From: Octopus vulgaris
Taxonomy: Eukaryota
Direction of reading: 5' to 3'
Length of the DNA stretch: 64,000 nt
Assembly: GCA_951406725.2 (NCBI GenBank)
Contig: OX597819.1
Location: 44,578,001 to 44,642,000 of the forward strand
The position numbers were made by a program, and so were the translations under genes. Below are positions 1 to 13,537 of this stretch, in pieces. Numbering within the stretch: position 1 is the stretch's first letter; the number at the start of each line of letters is the position of its first letter. The notes beneath the pieces are model-generated. The model was given only the letters and a program-made list of their open reading frames with translations. It had not been told where the DNA came from and searched no databases.

Positions 1-38
1 CCACTCCTACACCTATGCAATATGATAGATATATATGT

Positions 39-367
39 ACATGACTTAGTGGTTAGAGCGTCATGCTCACAACCATAAGACTGTCAGTCCGATTCCCGAA
101 TCGGGCTGAGTGCTGTATCTTCGAGCAAGACACTTTATTTCATGTTGCTCCAGTTAACTCAGGTGTAGAAATGATTCGCGACGTCACTAGTGCCAAACTG
201 TATCGTCCTTTGCCTTTACCTTGCCTTACTTTCTACTCCTTTTGTATTTGAATATGTATGTAAAATTTTCCGCGCTCGCACACTAATGCACATAATTAAA
301 TATACATACACAGATACGTAAAGATCTATATATTTTACACACCCGATGTATATATATGAATATATAA

Positions 368-422
<55 letters not shown>

Positions 423-1130
423 ATTCTAGTATAGCATGATTTGACAGTGATTTTATCCTCAATTTCGGACTCCAAATTGCATAACGCTAGACACACTGAC
501 TGATAGATACATATGTATGTATATATGTATATATGTATGTTTGATATTTTTCTGTGAGTTTTCTTTAAGTCTTGTCTCAAGAAGAACTTAATAAAGGCTC
601 CAAAGTATCGTACATACATACATACACACATGCATAAACGTAGATATACATAAATATATAAATATATAAAAATATTTATTTGTGTGTCTGTGTGTAGGTT
701 TGTGTATAAAAGTCAATGCATTTATATGGGAACGTAGAGGCACAGACAGATAAATAGTGAGATACAAAAATAGAAATGAAAAATATGAAATAAAGAGATA
801 CAGAGAGGTATATAAAGCCGAAGTGAAAAAATTGGGGAATATATTTCATTGCTTAATTATATACAGTTCGACATGAATGGAGATATTTTTTAAAATGACT
901 TTTGCATGTATACAGAAAAAGGAACAACACCACCTCCATAAATAAATACACATACACACATATGAAATATATATACATACGTGCATACACGCACATACAC
1001 ACACACACACTCAGTGGTCTGAAAAGGGGAGGTCAATATGCATAAGCGACTGCAGATCTTCTATTGACAAGCTTGCCTGGTTTGTAGCTTGCGGGTGAAA
1101 TTTCTTGGTGCAATCCCATTCTCATTCATA
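39..1130 (+). mobile_element. SINE family C copy split by a ~784-bp insertion (SINE parts 39-226 and 1011-1130)
   Basis: A-box-like TGACTTAGTGG and B-box-like GTCCGATTCCC. The body matches the copies at 10063-10363, 13538-13825 and 28322-28620, and the SINE sequence resumes in register at 1011. Confidence 0.85.
227..1010 (+). repeat. Near-identical duplicate of 10379-11150
   Basis: Direct comparison shows only about three substitutions plus microsatellite-length differences. Confidence 0.95.
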
Positions 1131-1140
1131 TATTCGTTTA

Positions 1141-1392
1141 TTGTTTTACTTATTTCGGTTATTTGACTGCTGTAATGCTGGAGCACCGCCTTTTGCTGGA
1201 AAAATCGACCCCATGACTTATTCTCTCGGTCTTTGGCCGAACCGCTAGGTTTAGGGGACGTAAGCATACCATCATTGTTTGTCAAACGATGGTTGGGAGG
1301 GACAAACACAGACACACAAAACTAGCCCAACATGCAGTGAGACTTGACCCAAGCCATGTGCTTGGAAAGCAAGCTTCTTACCACACAGCCAA

Positions 1393-1395
<3 letters not shown>
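1141..1395 (-). mobile_element. SINE family A, internally deleted
   Basis: Reverse complement of the tail GGCGGTGCTCCAGCAT and of the head TGGCTGTGTGGTAAG, as in the full copy at 32165-32619. Confidence 0.85.
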
Positions 1396-1444
<49 letters not shown>

Positions 1445-1449
<5 letters not shown>

Positions 1450-2396
1450 TAATGATATAAGGTGAAATCAATTAATTTGGAATAATCATTAATTTCACCA
1501 AGTAGATTTCGGCATGTAAAAGCCCCATTCGAGGAAAGTTTAAGTAGTACTAAGTAATTAAGGGTTTAGCAACGATTTGCCTCACCACACACCGAGTTTA
1601 GAAATAGCAGTCAAAGAGTTATAGCTATTCCTTCTACTAAAAGGGAGATCTCAGTAAAACCACAGCACTTGAAAGGCAAACGCAGGCAAGAGAGAAAGAA
1701 ATGACGACAATCATACAACATTAAGTCACCTACGGACGTACGTTTCGAAATTAAGATTTAGGAAAGCATAAGAATTAGATAATTATGTCTTACCCAACTA
1801 TTTTCCCCATCAGCGTAGGACTCTACAATTATGAATAATTGTATATTAAATTTCGAGGTACTAGAAGACATCACCTCAACTCATAGTATCAGAGCGAGCT
1901 AAAGCCGTTACCAGTATCACCAAATTCAAAGTGTGAATGAAAGTTTGTGTCACCAACCCCCTCCCACCAGCGTGCTGCCAGGACAAGATGTTGTGGTCAT
2001 TTACTGGGATGAAATATGGTTATCAGTAATAATTACTTAGTATTACTTAAACTTTCCTCGAATGGGGCTTTTACATGCCGAAATCTACTTGGTGAAATTA
2101 ATGATTATTCCAAATTAATTGATTTCACCCTATATTATTACTGATAACCATATTTCATCCCTGTAAATGACCACAACATCTTGTCCTTAATTTCGAAACG
2201 TACGTCCGTAGGTGACTTAATATTGTATGATTGTCGTCATTTCTTTCTCTCTTGCCTGCGTTTGCCTTTCAAGTGTTGTGGTTTTACTGAGATCTCCCTT
2301 TTAGTAGAAGGAATAGCTATAACTCTTTGACTGCTATTTCTAAACTCGGTGTGTGGTGAGGCAAATCGTTGCTAAACCCTTAATTACTTAGTATTA

Positions 2397-2400
<4 letters not shown>
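1445..2400 (-). mobile_element. PLE/retrozyme-like non-autonomous element with nested inversions, inserted in (TA)n
   Basis: 1445-1560 is inverted at 2030-2145, 1541-1755 at 2186-2400, and 1981-2033 at 2134-2186. It contains an HHR and has (TA)n on both sides. Confidence 0.8.
1729..1819 (-). ncRNA. Type-I hammerhead ribozyme motif (A9G core variant)
   Basis: Minus strand reads CCTACG-CTGATGG-...-TTTC-GAAAC-GTAC-GTC-CGTAGG: 6-bp stem I, palindromic GTAC loop III, GUC triplet. Confidence 0.7.
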
Positions 2401-2453
<53 letters not shown>

Positions 2454-2959
2454 AAATACAGTCTAATACCCATTAAGCAATTAATACTAAAAACCTTAAA
2501 TTTAATTAATATATACAATACTAGTACAAGCCATAAATACTGGAATCAAAAATAAGAAATGATTCAAATATAGACACACCCATTATATAAACTAACTATA
2601 TAATTTATATATATGTAGTATCTATAGATTTGATATATCACTCAATAATATAGTTGATCAAAATATCAATTAATATAAAAACTAATTTACGTAAATGTAA
2701 TACTACTTGATAAATATGCCACCTAATTATTAAATAATGTATAGTCTAAAAAACACTAATACTCAAATTAAATTATATGCAATACGTTAAATCCCTTTAT
2801 AAAAATATATAGATATCATAACTAATAACGATCGTAAACTAATAAATATCAAGAAACTATAAGTAAAAATAATATTTCAACAACAACAACAACAATAATA
2901 ATAATAACAACAACAACAAGAACAACACCAACAACAACAACAATAATAATAATAATAAC

Positions 2960-3358
<399 letters not shown>

Positions 3359-3383
3359 TAATGACAATAATAATAATAATAAT

Positions 3384-3414
<31 letters not shown>

Positions 3415-3446
3415 TTAATAATAATAATAACAATTATTATAATATC

Positions 3447-4040
3447 AGACCCAAAACGATTCAAAATCCAAATAACATAGATAATCAATAAAACGTTACT
3501 TAGCTTGTCGAAGGAAAAAATATAACTGAATTTTAAACGTAAAAAATAGTTCTTAGCTTTTATAAAATTTAACGCGTGAAGACTTTGTGTAAATAAATAG
3601 AATAAATTGTTTATGAAAATGGCGAAAACTATCAATGAAAAATACGAAAAAACATCATAGCCTCATGAACTAAAGAAAGGTGAGAAAAAATACAACATAT
3701 AAACAATCTAGAATGAAGACACCCAACTACAACTAACAGCCCACTATTAATAATTCGATAACAATAACAACAACAACTTTTAATTCCAATACAATACAAA
3801 ATCCAAACAATATTGATAAACAAACAACGTTACTTAGCTTGTTGAGAATATAATATAACTGGATTTTACACGTAAAAGAATTGTTCTTAGCGTTTATAAG
3901 AAATTAAACTCGTGGAGAAATTGTGTAAACAAATAAAATAAATTATCAATGAAAATGACGAAAACTATTTATTAATGAAAAATACAAAAAATATTTAAGC
4001 TTCACGAATCAAAGAAAATTAATAAAAATAGGATAACAAG
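3447..4040 (+). repeat. Diverged ~335-bp tandem duplication
   Basis: AAAATCCAAA...AACGTTACTTAGCTTGT...TTCTTAGC...ATGAAAATG.CGAAAACTAT recurs at about 3463 and 3798. Confidence 0.8.
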
Positions 4041-4821
4041 TATTGCTTGTTCATCAATACTACCCGAACCCTACATCACACTGTACCCGACTACTATTAT
4101 TATTAACATCAGTGCTACTAACCCAATCTACGACAAACCGCCAGCTACCGCCAAATGTATTCACAGCCGACTACCCCCTACCACCCCATCCCTCCCACCT
4201 CTCTCGAACTCATGAAGCCCAAACTCATCTTACACTCTCCATCAACAAATAGTTTTCGACATTTTGTTTAAAATATTAATATAACGTTTAATAATATAGT
4301 AAATTATACTCAAATACTATTAAATAATTTCTACAATAAATAAATAACAAGACGAAATTAGGTTTAATGCACACTGAAAGATAAGTTAAATGTAATATAT
4401 AATTATTATAGCAGTTAATTTTAAATGACTATTTACTATAAATTTAAAGTCTAAATAATAAATAACTAAACCAAATATATATATATTATGTTTAAATTAA
4501 TTTATATTACTATAACAAATATATCTTTAAAATTAATATATTTATTTATTTATTAGCTAAATCTATTATATAGGTACTTTAATTTATGTTTACATTTAAT
4601 TTTACGTTCCTCCCATGAGTTTACTAACGCATAATTGTTATTAAATAATATTTCTTTAAATTCGTTATTACATAGTGAACAATAATTACTCTCTATAGAT
4701 TATGATTTAGCCCTACAAATAATCTCCCAATTTAATATATAATTAATGGATCTAGATTTAAGAATATTTTAAAAGATTAATTACGTATATTTATTAAATA
4801 TTTTATTATTGTAGTTATTTT

Positions 4822-4919
4822 TAACCTGATGAGTGGCTATATTTATATTAAAGTGATTTTACTACTACTACTAATAGTATAATAATTTCTTAAATATCGC
4901 CACGAAACACGTGTCTTTA
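4822..4919 (+). ncRNA. Type-I hammerhead ribozyme motif at the 3' end of an AT-rich PLE-like tract (~2452-5015)
   Basis: CTGATGA-GTGGCTATATTT...AAATATCGCCAC-GAAAC-ACGT-GTC. Stem II is 11 of 12 bp and loop III is the palindrome ACGT; stem I is weak (TAAC/TTTA). Confidence 0.75.
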
Positions 4920-5149
4920 TTCTACGAAATATATACGTTTTATTTATTATTTTGCACATTACTTAATCATTGGTATATTTTTTACATTTGATATTTCTAT
5001 TATATGTAATTTTCTAGATGGTGTAATTTAATTTTTCATTTTGAATTGATAAAAGGTGTTTTTTTTCTATATATACATATATATATATATATATAAACAT
5101 ACATACATACACACACTCAAGCACGCATATACAGATATTGTCAAGAGTT

Positions 5150-5306
5150 GAACAGAAGTGCAGTAAGATACTTGCTCCCCAACCATATGATCTTGCATTA
5201 AGGCCTACTGCGCAGACTCTTGGGCAAGTGGCTTCCAGTATAACCCTGGCACATGAAAACATTGCGAGTAGATTTGTTAGCCGAAAATCGAAAGAAGATC
5301 GTCGTT
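5150..5306 (+). mobile_element. SINE family A 5' half, diverged
   Basis: CTTGGGCAAGTG.CTTC.A.TATA and GAAAGAAG..CGTCGT match family A. Confidence 0.65.
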
Positions 5307-5370
5307 ATAAATTTTAACGCCAACCAAGTGTGTTGAGTGCCAGTTTTTTGGCTGTCGATTCATTCATCCG

Positions 5371-5435
<65 letters not shown>

Positions 5436-5615
5436 GTATGTCTGTCTGTCTATCTATCCATCTATCTATATCTATCTGCATGTCTGTCTATCTCTCACTC
5501 CCTCTCTCGCTCTCGCCGTATATATAATGAGAACTTACAAAAATAAAACAAAAGTCGCGAAGATGGGTGTGTAAAGAACAAACAGATATATTGGTTTCTC
5601 GGTCATTGAGAAAGT

Positions 5616-5651
5616 CTTTTACGTTTCGAGTCTACGCTCTTCGACAGAAAG
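5616..5651 (-). ncRNA. Minimal hammerhead-like motif (CUGUCGA core) in a short PLE-like fragment (~5524-5670)
   Basis: Minus strand reads CTTT-CTGTCGA-A-GAGCGTAGACTC-GAAACGTA-AAAG; position 6 is U instead of A. Confidence 0.55.
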
Positions 5652-5667
5652 GAACCCAGAAATAAAC

Positions 5668-5724
<57 letters not shown>

Positions 5725-5829
5725 ATAGAATATAGAAAATATAAAATATAAAATAGTACTTTACATATATGATATAATTATACTAGTGAGTCCATTTGCT
5801 CTAATTTAATTAAATTCTATGTCTTTGGG

Positions 5830-5914
5830 GCAGCTGAAGATTGCTCTGCATTTTAAATTGATGTAATGATTGCATTGTTCAATTAAATGGAGTTGCATGA
5901 AACGATCGTACTGC
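5830..5914 (+). ncRNA. Type-I hammerhead ribozyme motif
   Basis: GCAG-CTGAAGA-...-GAAAC-GATC-GTA-CTGC: stem I GCAG/CTGC, palindromic GATC loop, GUA triplet, degenerate stem II, then (TA)n. Confidence 0.7.
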
Positions 5915-5944
5915 ATTACCTCTGGATATCCTTGTTGCTTATTT

Positions 5945-5993
<49 letters not shown>

Positions 5994-6388
5994 TAGTGTC
6001 TTTTGTGTTCGTGTTTGCTACCGCGAACTGCTTGACAAGTGGGGCCGATTTGTTTGCCGAAAAACTCCAGTGTAGTGCTGCAGCATTCCCGTAATCCGGA
6101 GACTGCAACAAGTAAAAGGTGGAAAAAGGTGTCATGTATTTCGTGAAATATCTTATAATTGATATTACCCACAGATAATCAGTTCCTCGCATATTTACTT
6201 CAAATTTAGAAACGAATAATTTCTTTATTTTCAGAAAAAACTATTAATGAAATATACTCAAATAATCTAGCAGCAAAACTAAGATATTAATTCTTAAAAA
6301 GGAAGTTAAACCTACAGTACTGGAATTCCTTAAAAGAAAAAAAGTCTTTGAAGTAGAATCAAAATTTAAAGCAATTTAGACACTAATA

Positions 6389-6576
6389 TTCTTTTCTACT
6401 CTAGGCCTTTCACCCGAAATTTTGGAGGAGGGGGCTAGTCAATTGGATCGACCCAGTATGCAACTGGTACTTAATTTATCGATCCCGAAAGAATGAAAGG
6501 CAGAGTTTGACCACGGCGGTATTTGAATTCAGAACGTAAAGACAGACGAAATACCGCTATGCATTTCGCCCTCCTC
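6389..6576 (-). mobile_element. SINE family B, 5'-truncated, with ~16-bp target-site duplication
   Basis: Family B core (CTTTCATTCTTTCGGGATCGATAAATTAAGTACC on minus), flanked by AATTTAGA(C/T)ACTAATA at about 6373 and 6577. Confidence 0.85.
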
Positions 6577-6609
6577 AATTTAGATACTAATAGTGGTAAA
6601 CGCAAAAGT

Positions 6610-6825
6610 TGGTGAGCTGGCAGAATCATTAACACACCGGGCAAAATGCTTAGCGGCATTTCGTCCGTCTTCACGTTCTGTGTTCAAATTCCACCGGGGT
6701 CGATTTTGCCTTTGATCCTGTCGGGGTCAATAAACTAAGCACCAGTGGAACACTAAGGTCAATGTAATCGGCTTATCCCATTTCCCAAAATTGCTGGCTT
6801 TGTGCCAAAATTTGAAATCAATATT
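6610..6825 (+). mobile_element. SINE family B
   Basis: GAGCTGGCAGAATC head, GTTCAAATTCC B-box, tail TTGTGCCAAAATTTGAAA. Confidence 0.9.
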
Positions 6826-7128
6826 TGTAAACGCATGTTATCGTCAGATCATCACGTGTTCTTTCGCGGCTCTGGTAAAAGCAACGAGGCTCTTTTTACG
6901 AGGGTGATTCAGAAAGTAATGCATCCTCGTATTTATAGTTTTATACATAAGAAACAATGCAAAGTCTGCGCGTTCCTTAAGCCTAAACATGTTATAGTCT
7001 CCCCACCCCCATTTTGTTTAAATGTGCATACAACAGTCGTAAATTTATTATCTATGCTTTTTCCGAGTAATCTTAAATGTTATAAAGCTTGTAATAGAAA
7101 TTCGATTTAATGAAATAATACATATATA

Positions 7129-7519
7129 TGATGCACTTAAGTAAACACCTAGGTGCAAAACAAGGTGTAGAAAGTATAACCAAAGATAGAGTAAGATGCT
7201 ATTTTATTTAAGTCGAAAAGTTTTATATGCTTGTATGCTGGATATATAATTTACGAAGCAGGATGGAAGAAAGTAAATCCACGCTCATTACTGTTACACG
7301 AACGGCTCACAGTGAAACTGCTACGAACTCGAACTGCCAATCGCTCACAGTGAACTGCTACCAACCCGATCCGCCAATATGTCACAGTTCTTTGTTTTAT
7401 AACACTAAAGCAGTCCACCTTTAGCCCCTTGGTGAGGCGAGGTCGAAATCCTTCCATAGCAAAAAAGGAAAAGCAAAATTCGTCACAGAAGGTTTCTCAG
7501 AATTTCACTTAAGTGTTCA
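7129..7519. mobile_element. Possible solo LTR or MITE
   Basis: TG...CA ends with an imperfect inverted repeat TGATGCACTTAAGT / ACTTAAGTGTTCA and TA on both flanks. Internal ~35-bp tandem GCTCACAGTGAA(A)CTGCTAC; TATAAAA and AATAAA on the minus strand. Confidence 0.35.
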
Positions 7520-8229
7520 TAAGAGAGTTAGGATCATTCAGATTAACACACTATAGTCACCTATTATTTCTATTATCTTTCAGTGATAGTCAATGACCTT
7601 TTATCCAGCTGTATAGCGTTATTTTGAGAAGTAGTTACCCAATCAGTTTCAACTGTTTATTCACGGAATTGGTATCCAGGAACACTTATAAATACTCATA
7701 TTTATGAATTATTGTATGAATTTTAATTGTCACAAGTTTTGAATGGTCGATTGCGTGAAACGCTGAGTAATACTTTGTGAAGATTTATCAGGGTCAATAA
7801 AATAGTAAACAGATATTTATAAACATATTTGTACGTAAACAGGCACACACTCACACAAAAGTACGTATGCATGTATAAAAATGACAACATCTGAGTCATT
7901 AGAAAATTAGTCAGATTGCCCTGTATGGCTCTCTTCTCTCTGATTTGTTATCTATCCTAGATAATATTTGCCTTGCATTCTTTATAGGTCGGCAAATAAA
8001 GTACCACTCCAGGTTCCTTTGACTGGTGCAATTGTGCGTTGAGCAAGGTGCCTTGGATTACCTGCTTTAGCTATTGTGTGCAGCGTACGAAATCCCCCTG
8101 GGGCCAAGGTAGTATCTCACCCAACGGGACAACGGGCAACGAAGATAGGTGGATTTTCAGTCGGCCTAGACTAACTGGCCAATTCATAATAAAGATTTCA
8201 TCTAATTGCCGAAGCGACAACTATTCTTG

Positions 8230-8700
8230 TAAAAATTTTGTAAGCGCCAATATTCAATTAAATTCCAGAAAATTTCGAGAACACAAATATAGTCTCGTTA
8301 CTACAAACGATTGACTCTATCACGGCAATTACCTTTTAAAAGGTATGATACGTTGCGCCAAAGTGTAGCCAGACAACAAATGTATCCCCAGGAATTATAG
8401 TGATTTTACAGAGAATTGCATGAAAAATCCAGGAAAACACTTCTACATGTCTTTTCTAGCACCATTGGCTTTTTAAAGAAACTTGCGGTTATTTAACACA
8501 CACTGCTTGGTATCGGCCACCCCTATCCATATGGCCATATCACTTTTCCATTAAGTTTATGCTGCAAACACTGCTTAAGAGAAAAAATATTTTATATTAT
8601 TTTCAAACGGAGTAAACGAGAAACAGATATATTTGGTCATTGGCAGACACTGCGAAGTACTTGCTAAGAAATTATGCACCACCTAAAACCTGATTAAAGC
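8230..8700 (+). pseudogene. Possible degenerate hAT-like (CGGBP-type) transposase relic
   Basis: Translation FVSANIQLNSRKFREHKY resembles the FxxANIPLxKxxxxxFRxFLxKY motif; many stops follow. Confidence 0.25.
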
Positions 8701-9479
8701 AATAATATATATTTCATAGGGGTGAAAATTCAGTAAGTTTAAAATACTGACAGTTATTGACAGTTAGAGACAGTTATTGCTACCAATTAAAAAGACAAAG
8801 AAAAAAAATAGACATGAAAAGCCACACATATTACAGCGAATTATTTTACTGCTAGTGATAACAATTTGACAATATTGTACTTTTTTGTGAACAGTAAATA
8901 TTCTTTCATACAAATATGAACACGCACACACTCCTATACACAAACACACACCTACACAGAAACACACATACCTACACACATACACACACCTACACAGAAA
9001 CACATACTTACACACACACACACACACACTCACACATATGACAGTATTAAAGGTTATATCACTGACCCTATTTTGAAAAGAAGTTTATATAATTTACTCA
9101 CAAAATCTCATCCGATCAGCTTTGGTTATGAAGTACAATTTTGCGATATACACGTTAAACATCAACTTTGAAAATCCACCATCCATAACGGTCCATAGAT
9201 CGGCAAAGACAAAAAGAGTGAAGATATAAGATTTCTTCTCCAGATAAACAAATCTCTCTCTACGTACACACAAACGCGCGCGCATATATATATATATATT
9301 GGGAAAGAAAGACATTAAAAGAAAGTGAGAGACGGTGCATGAAAATGTGATGGGACATTTGTCAAAGCATATGAATTATTAATAAAAGTATTGTAATATA
9401 CAAACACATACGTATACGTACATATAGGCATACATACGTACGTACACACACACATGTATGTATATATAGAGAGGGGGAG

Positions 9480-9599
<120 letters not shown>

Positions 9600-9939
9600 G
9601 GATAGATACAGATATGAACACCGGGTTTAAATATTAGCGAATGTAAGCGTATTCGCCAGGTTGTCTCAGAAGAAGAAAACTTATTTTAATGTCCTATATT
9701 CGGGGAGAGAAGAGCAAACTTCACAAGTTAAAAACTACAAAGTTTATTTGTATATAAGCCATAGACCTAAAAAAAATCCAGTATATATATGCACACACAT
9801 ATATATCTATATGTATATATATGTTTATACATATGTCCGTATGTGTGTCTGTGTGTCTACATACAATATATATACACACATGCATAAACATACATATACG
9901 TGATGTAATTGTGTGTCTGTCTGTTAATCTATCGATCTG

Positions 9940-10027
<88 letters not shown>

Positions 10028-10062
10028 AATACATACTTACATACATATATATATATATATGT

Positions 10063-10363
10063 TCTGAGACCCCCTTCGGTCACGACACTGGCAATGGGAT
10101 TGCACCTAGAAAGTTACCCTCCGAGGTACAAGTCTGGGCAAGGATGTTTATGGAAGACCAGCAGTCGCCCATGCATACCTGCCTCCCCTCTACACGCCAC
10201 CAGTGTTATCCAAGGGAAAGGCAAGGGCCGATGCAGCTTGGCACCTGTGACGTCGCAACTCATTTCTACAGCTAAGTGAACTGGAGCAACGTGAAATAAA
10301 GTGTCTTGCTCAGGAACACAACACGCATCCCGGTCTGGGATTCGTGCTCACAACCTCATGATC
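10063..10363 (-). mobile_element. SINE family C lacking its 5'-most ~35 nt
   Basis: High similarity to the other family C copies; tail GACCGAAGGGGGTC on minus. Confidence 0.9.
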
Positions 10364-10378
10364 TTAAGCTATATATCC

Positions 10379-10519
10379 TACTTTCTACTCCTTTTGTATT
10401 TGAATATGTATGTAAAATTTTCCGCGCTCGCACACTAATGCACATAATTAAATATACATACACAGATACGTAAAGATCTATATATTTTACACACCCGATG
10501 TATATATATGAATATATAA

Positions 10520-10578
<59 letters not shown>

Positions 10579-11150
10579 ATTCTAGTATAGCATGATTTGA
10601 CAGTGATTTTATCCTCAATTTCGGACTCCAAATTGCATAACGCTAGACACACTGACTGATAGATACATATGTATGTTTGATATTTTTCTGTGAGTTTTCT
10701 TTAAGTCTTGTCTCAAGAAGAACTTAATAAAGGCTCCAAAGTATCGTACATACATACATACATACACACATGCATAAACGTAGATATACATAAATATATA
10801 AATATATAAAAATATTTATTTGTGTGTCTGTGTGTAGGTTTGTGTATAAAAGTCAATGCATTTATATGGGAACGTAGAGGCACAGACAGATAAATAGTGA
10901 GATACAAAAATAGAAATGAAAAATATGAAATAAAGAGATACAGAGAGGTATATAAAGCCGAAGTGAAAAAATTAGGGAATATATTTCATTGCTTAATTAT
11001 ATACAGTTCGACATGAATGAAGATATTTTTAAAAATGACTTTTGCATGTATACAGAAAAAGGAACAACACCACCTCCATAAATAAATACACATACACACA
11101 TATGAAATATATATACATACGTGCATACACGCACATACACACACACACAC
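10379..11150 (+). repeat. Second copy (probable donor) of 227-1010
   Basis: Direct sequence match. Confidence 0.95.
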
Positions 11151-11240
11151 ACATACATACACACACACACACACATACACACACACACATATATATGTAT
11201 ATATATACATACATACACGTATGTATACAGGCACACACAC

Positions 11241-11295
<55 letters not shown>

Positions 11296-11326
11296 GTATA
11301 TAAATATGTATCTATATATGTATAAG

Positions 11327-11363
<37 letters not shown>

Positions 11364-11367
<4 letters not shown>

Positions 11368-11540
11368 ATAGAAAAGGCAAGAAAACAACAGAATGAAACA
11401 GACGTCGATATTATGCAAATAGAGGAATCTAGCTGTAAATATAATATGTGACAATTATTCGGTAGCCATGATAAAACTCTGGAAACTTGGAGTTTTATCA
11501 TGGCTACCGAATAATTGTCACATATTACTTTTACAGATAT
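11364..11540 (-). mobile_element. Short PLE-like fragment with a fold-back inversion (hairpin 11432-11537)
   Basis: TAATATGTGACAATTATTCGGTAGCCATGATAAAACTC and its exact reverse complement lie about 10 nt apart. Same family as 22284-22462; abuts (TA)n. Confidence 0.75.
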
Positions 11541-11543
11541 ATA

Positions 11544-11762
11544 CTCTTGTTTCAGTCAGTTGACTGTGGCCATGCTGGAGCACCGCCTTTAGACGAGCAA
11601 ATCGATACTGATTCTATCGGTCCCTTTTGCCGAACCGCTAAGTTACGGGGACATAAACACACCAGCATCGGTTGTCAAGCGATGTTGGGGGGACAAAGAC
11701 ATACACACACACACACACATACACACACACACACACACACAAGCACACACTCACACACACAC

Positions 11763-11797
<35 letters not shown>

Positions 11798-11809
11798 TGT
11801 ATGTATGTC

Positions 11810-11841
<32 letters not shown>

Positions 11842-12310
11842 TGTATGTATGTATGTATGTATATGCATATATTTAAATATATAGGCGCTGCAATTACTAT
11901 GTGGTCCGAAGTTTGTATCTCAAACAAGTTTTGAGGTTCTGCCCCACTGCGGAGCTAGTGTCTTCTTCTTAAGCCTCTGGCCGAACACAGCCATTTGAAC
12001 TAATTTAGTAGACGAAAAATTGCAAGAAAATCGTCATAAATTTATATTTATATATATACAAACACATATATATACGTGCGTGTATGTGTGTGTGTATATG
12101 TATGGGTGATTGTGAGAGTGTGTGTATGTGCGTGTGTGATTATTCGTCTGCCACCACCATTCCACTACCGGCACTTAGGTATTTACGTCCCTAGTCGTCT
12201 GGTAAAAGACCGATTGAATAAGTAACAGGTTAAAAAATGCAGTGGGTGCGATCTATTCGATTAAATCTTCCTCTAGATAGTGCCCCAGTATTGCTGCAGT
12301 CTAAACAGTA
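11544..12310. mobile_element. Two SINE family A copies: 3' half on minus (11544-11720) and a diverged plus copy (11883-12310)
   Basis: Family A tail and head motifs with internal CA/TA microsatellite. Confidence 0.75.
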
Positions 12311-12314
12311 AATG

Positions 12315-12365
<51 letters not shown>

Positions 12366-12499
12366 CACACACACACACATATATATATATATCTATCTAT
12401 ATATCTATACATACATATATATACATACATATAGATATACATCTATATATATACATCTATATATATATATATATACACCTATCTTTCTGTCTCTCTCTC

Positions 12500-12569
<70 letters not shown>

Positions 12570-13012
12570 AAATGTCGTCGGTAACTGGATGCTGTAATTC
12601 ACAATAATCAGAGCAAAATAACATGCATTAAAATGCCCGCGTATCGGCTAACATGCACGCACACACATACATTCCCTTGGGTTTTTGTGTCTTCATTCCA
12701 CGACATACCACACCACTTACTTGCTGCAGGTTTTTCTCAGAAGATATTTTTCTTTGAATTTCGCTTAAACATTTATCATACATTAATATTACAAAAGATA
12801 TATACGAATTTTTTTTTTCTCAAAACACCGACAATTCTCAGTTGATGAGAATTCTTTGAAATCGTTAATTTTAAGGACATAAGAAGTTAATTACAAACAC
12901 AAATATGTGCACGAATTTAAATACACAAACATGCACACACACATGCATAGGCGCGCACATACACAGATATATAAACACGTACGTGTACATATTTTCACAC
13001 AAATATTTCTAC

Positions 13013-13092
<80 letters not shown>

Positions 13093-13226
13093 TTTTCTAT
13101 GTATGTATGTATGTAAGTATGCATGTATGTAATTATTTATGTATGTATGTATGTATCTATCTATATATATGGCACACACATCCACACGCACACATATATG
13201 TATGCATATGTATATATGTATATGCA

Positions 13227-13267
<41 letters not shown>

Positions 13268-13359
13268 GTAGACGTATATTAGTATATATGCCTACAATCA
13301 CAAACACACGTCTCACGCTATATGTACCTGTAAGCTTTTATACATATATACATACATAC

Positions 13360-13392
<33 letters not shown>

Positions 13393-13457
13393 AAAATATA
13401 TTTATATATATATATTTAGGTTTATGTATGTATGTATGTATGTATGAATGTATGTTT

Positions 13458-13514
<57 letters not shown>

Positions 13515-13537
13515 TTGTCTATCTATCTATCCACACT

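Noticed and set aside
6897-6931. Mariner-like TIR start (TACGAGGGTGATTCAGAAAGTAA) with a small hairpin
   Set aside because: No matching second TIR or transposase nearby; too short to call.
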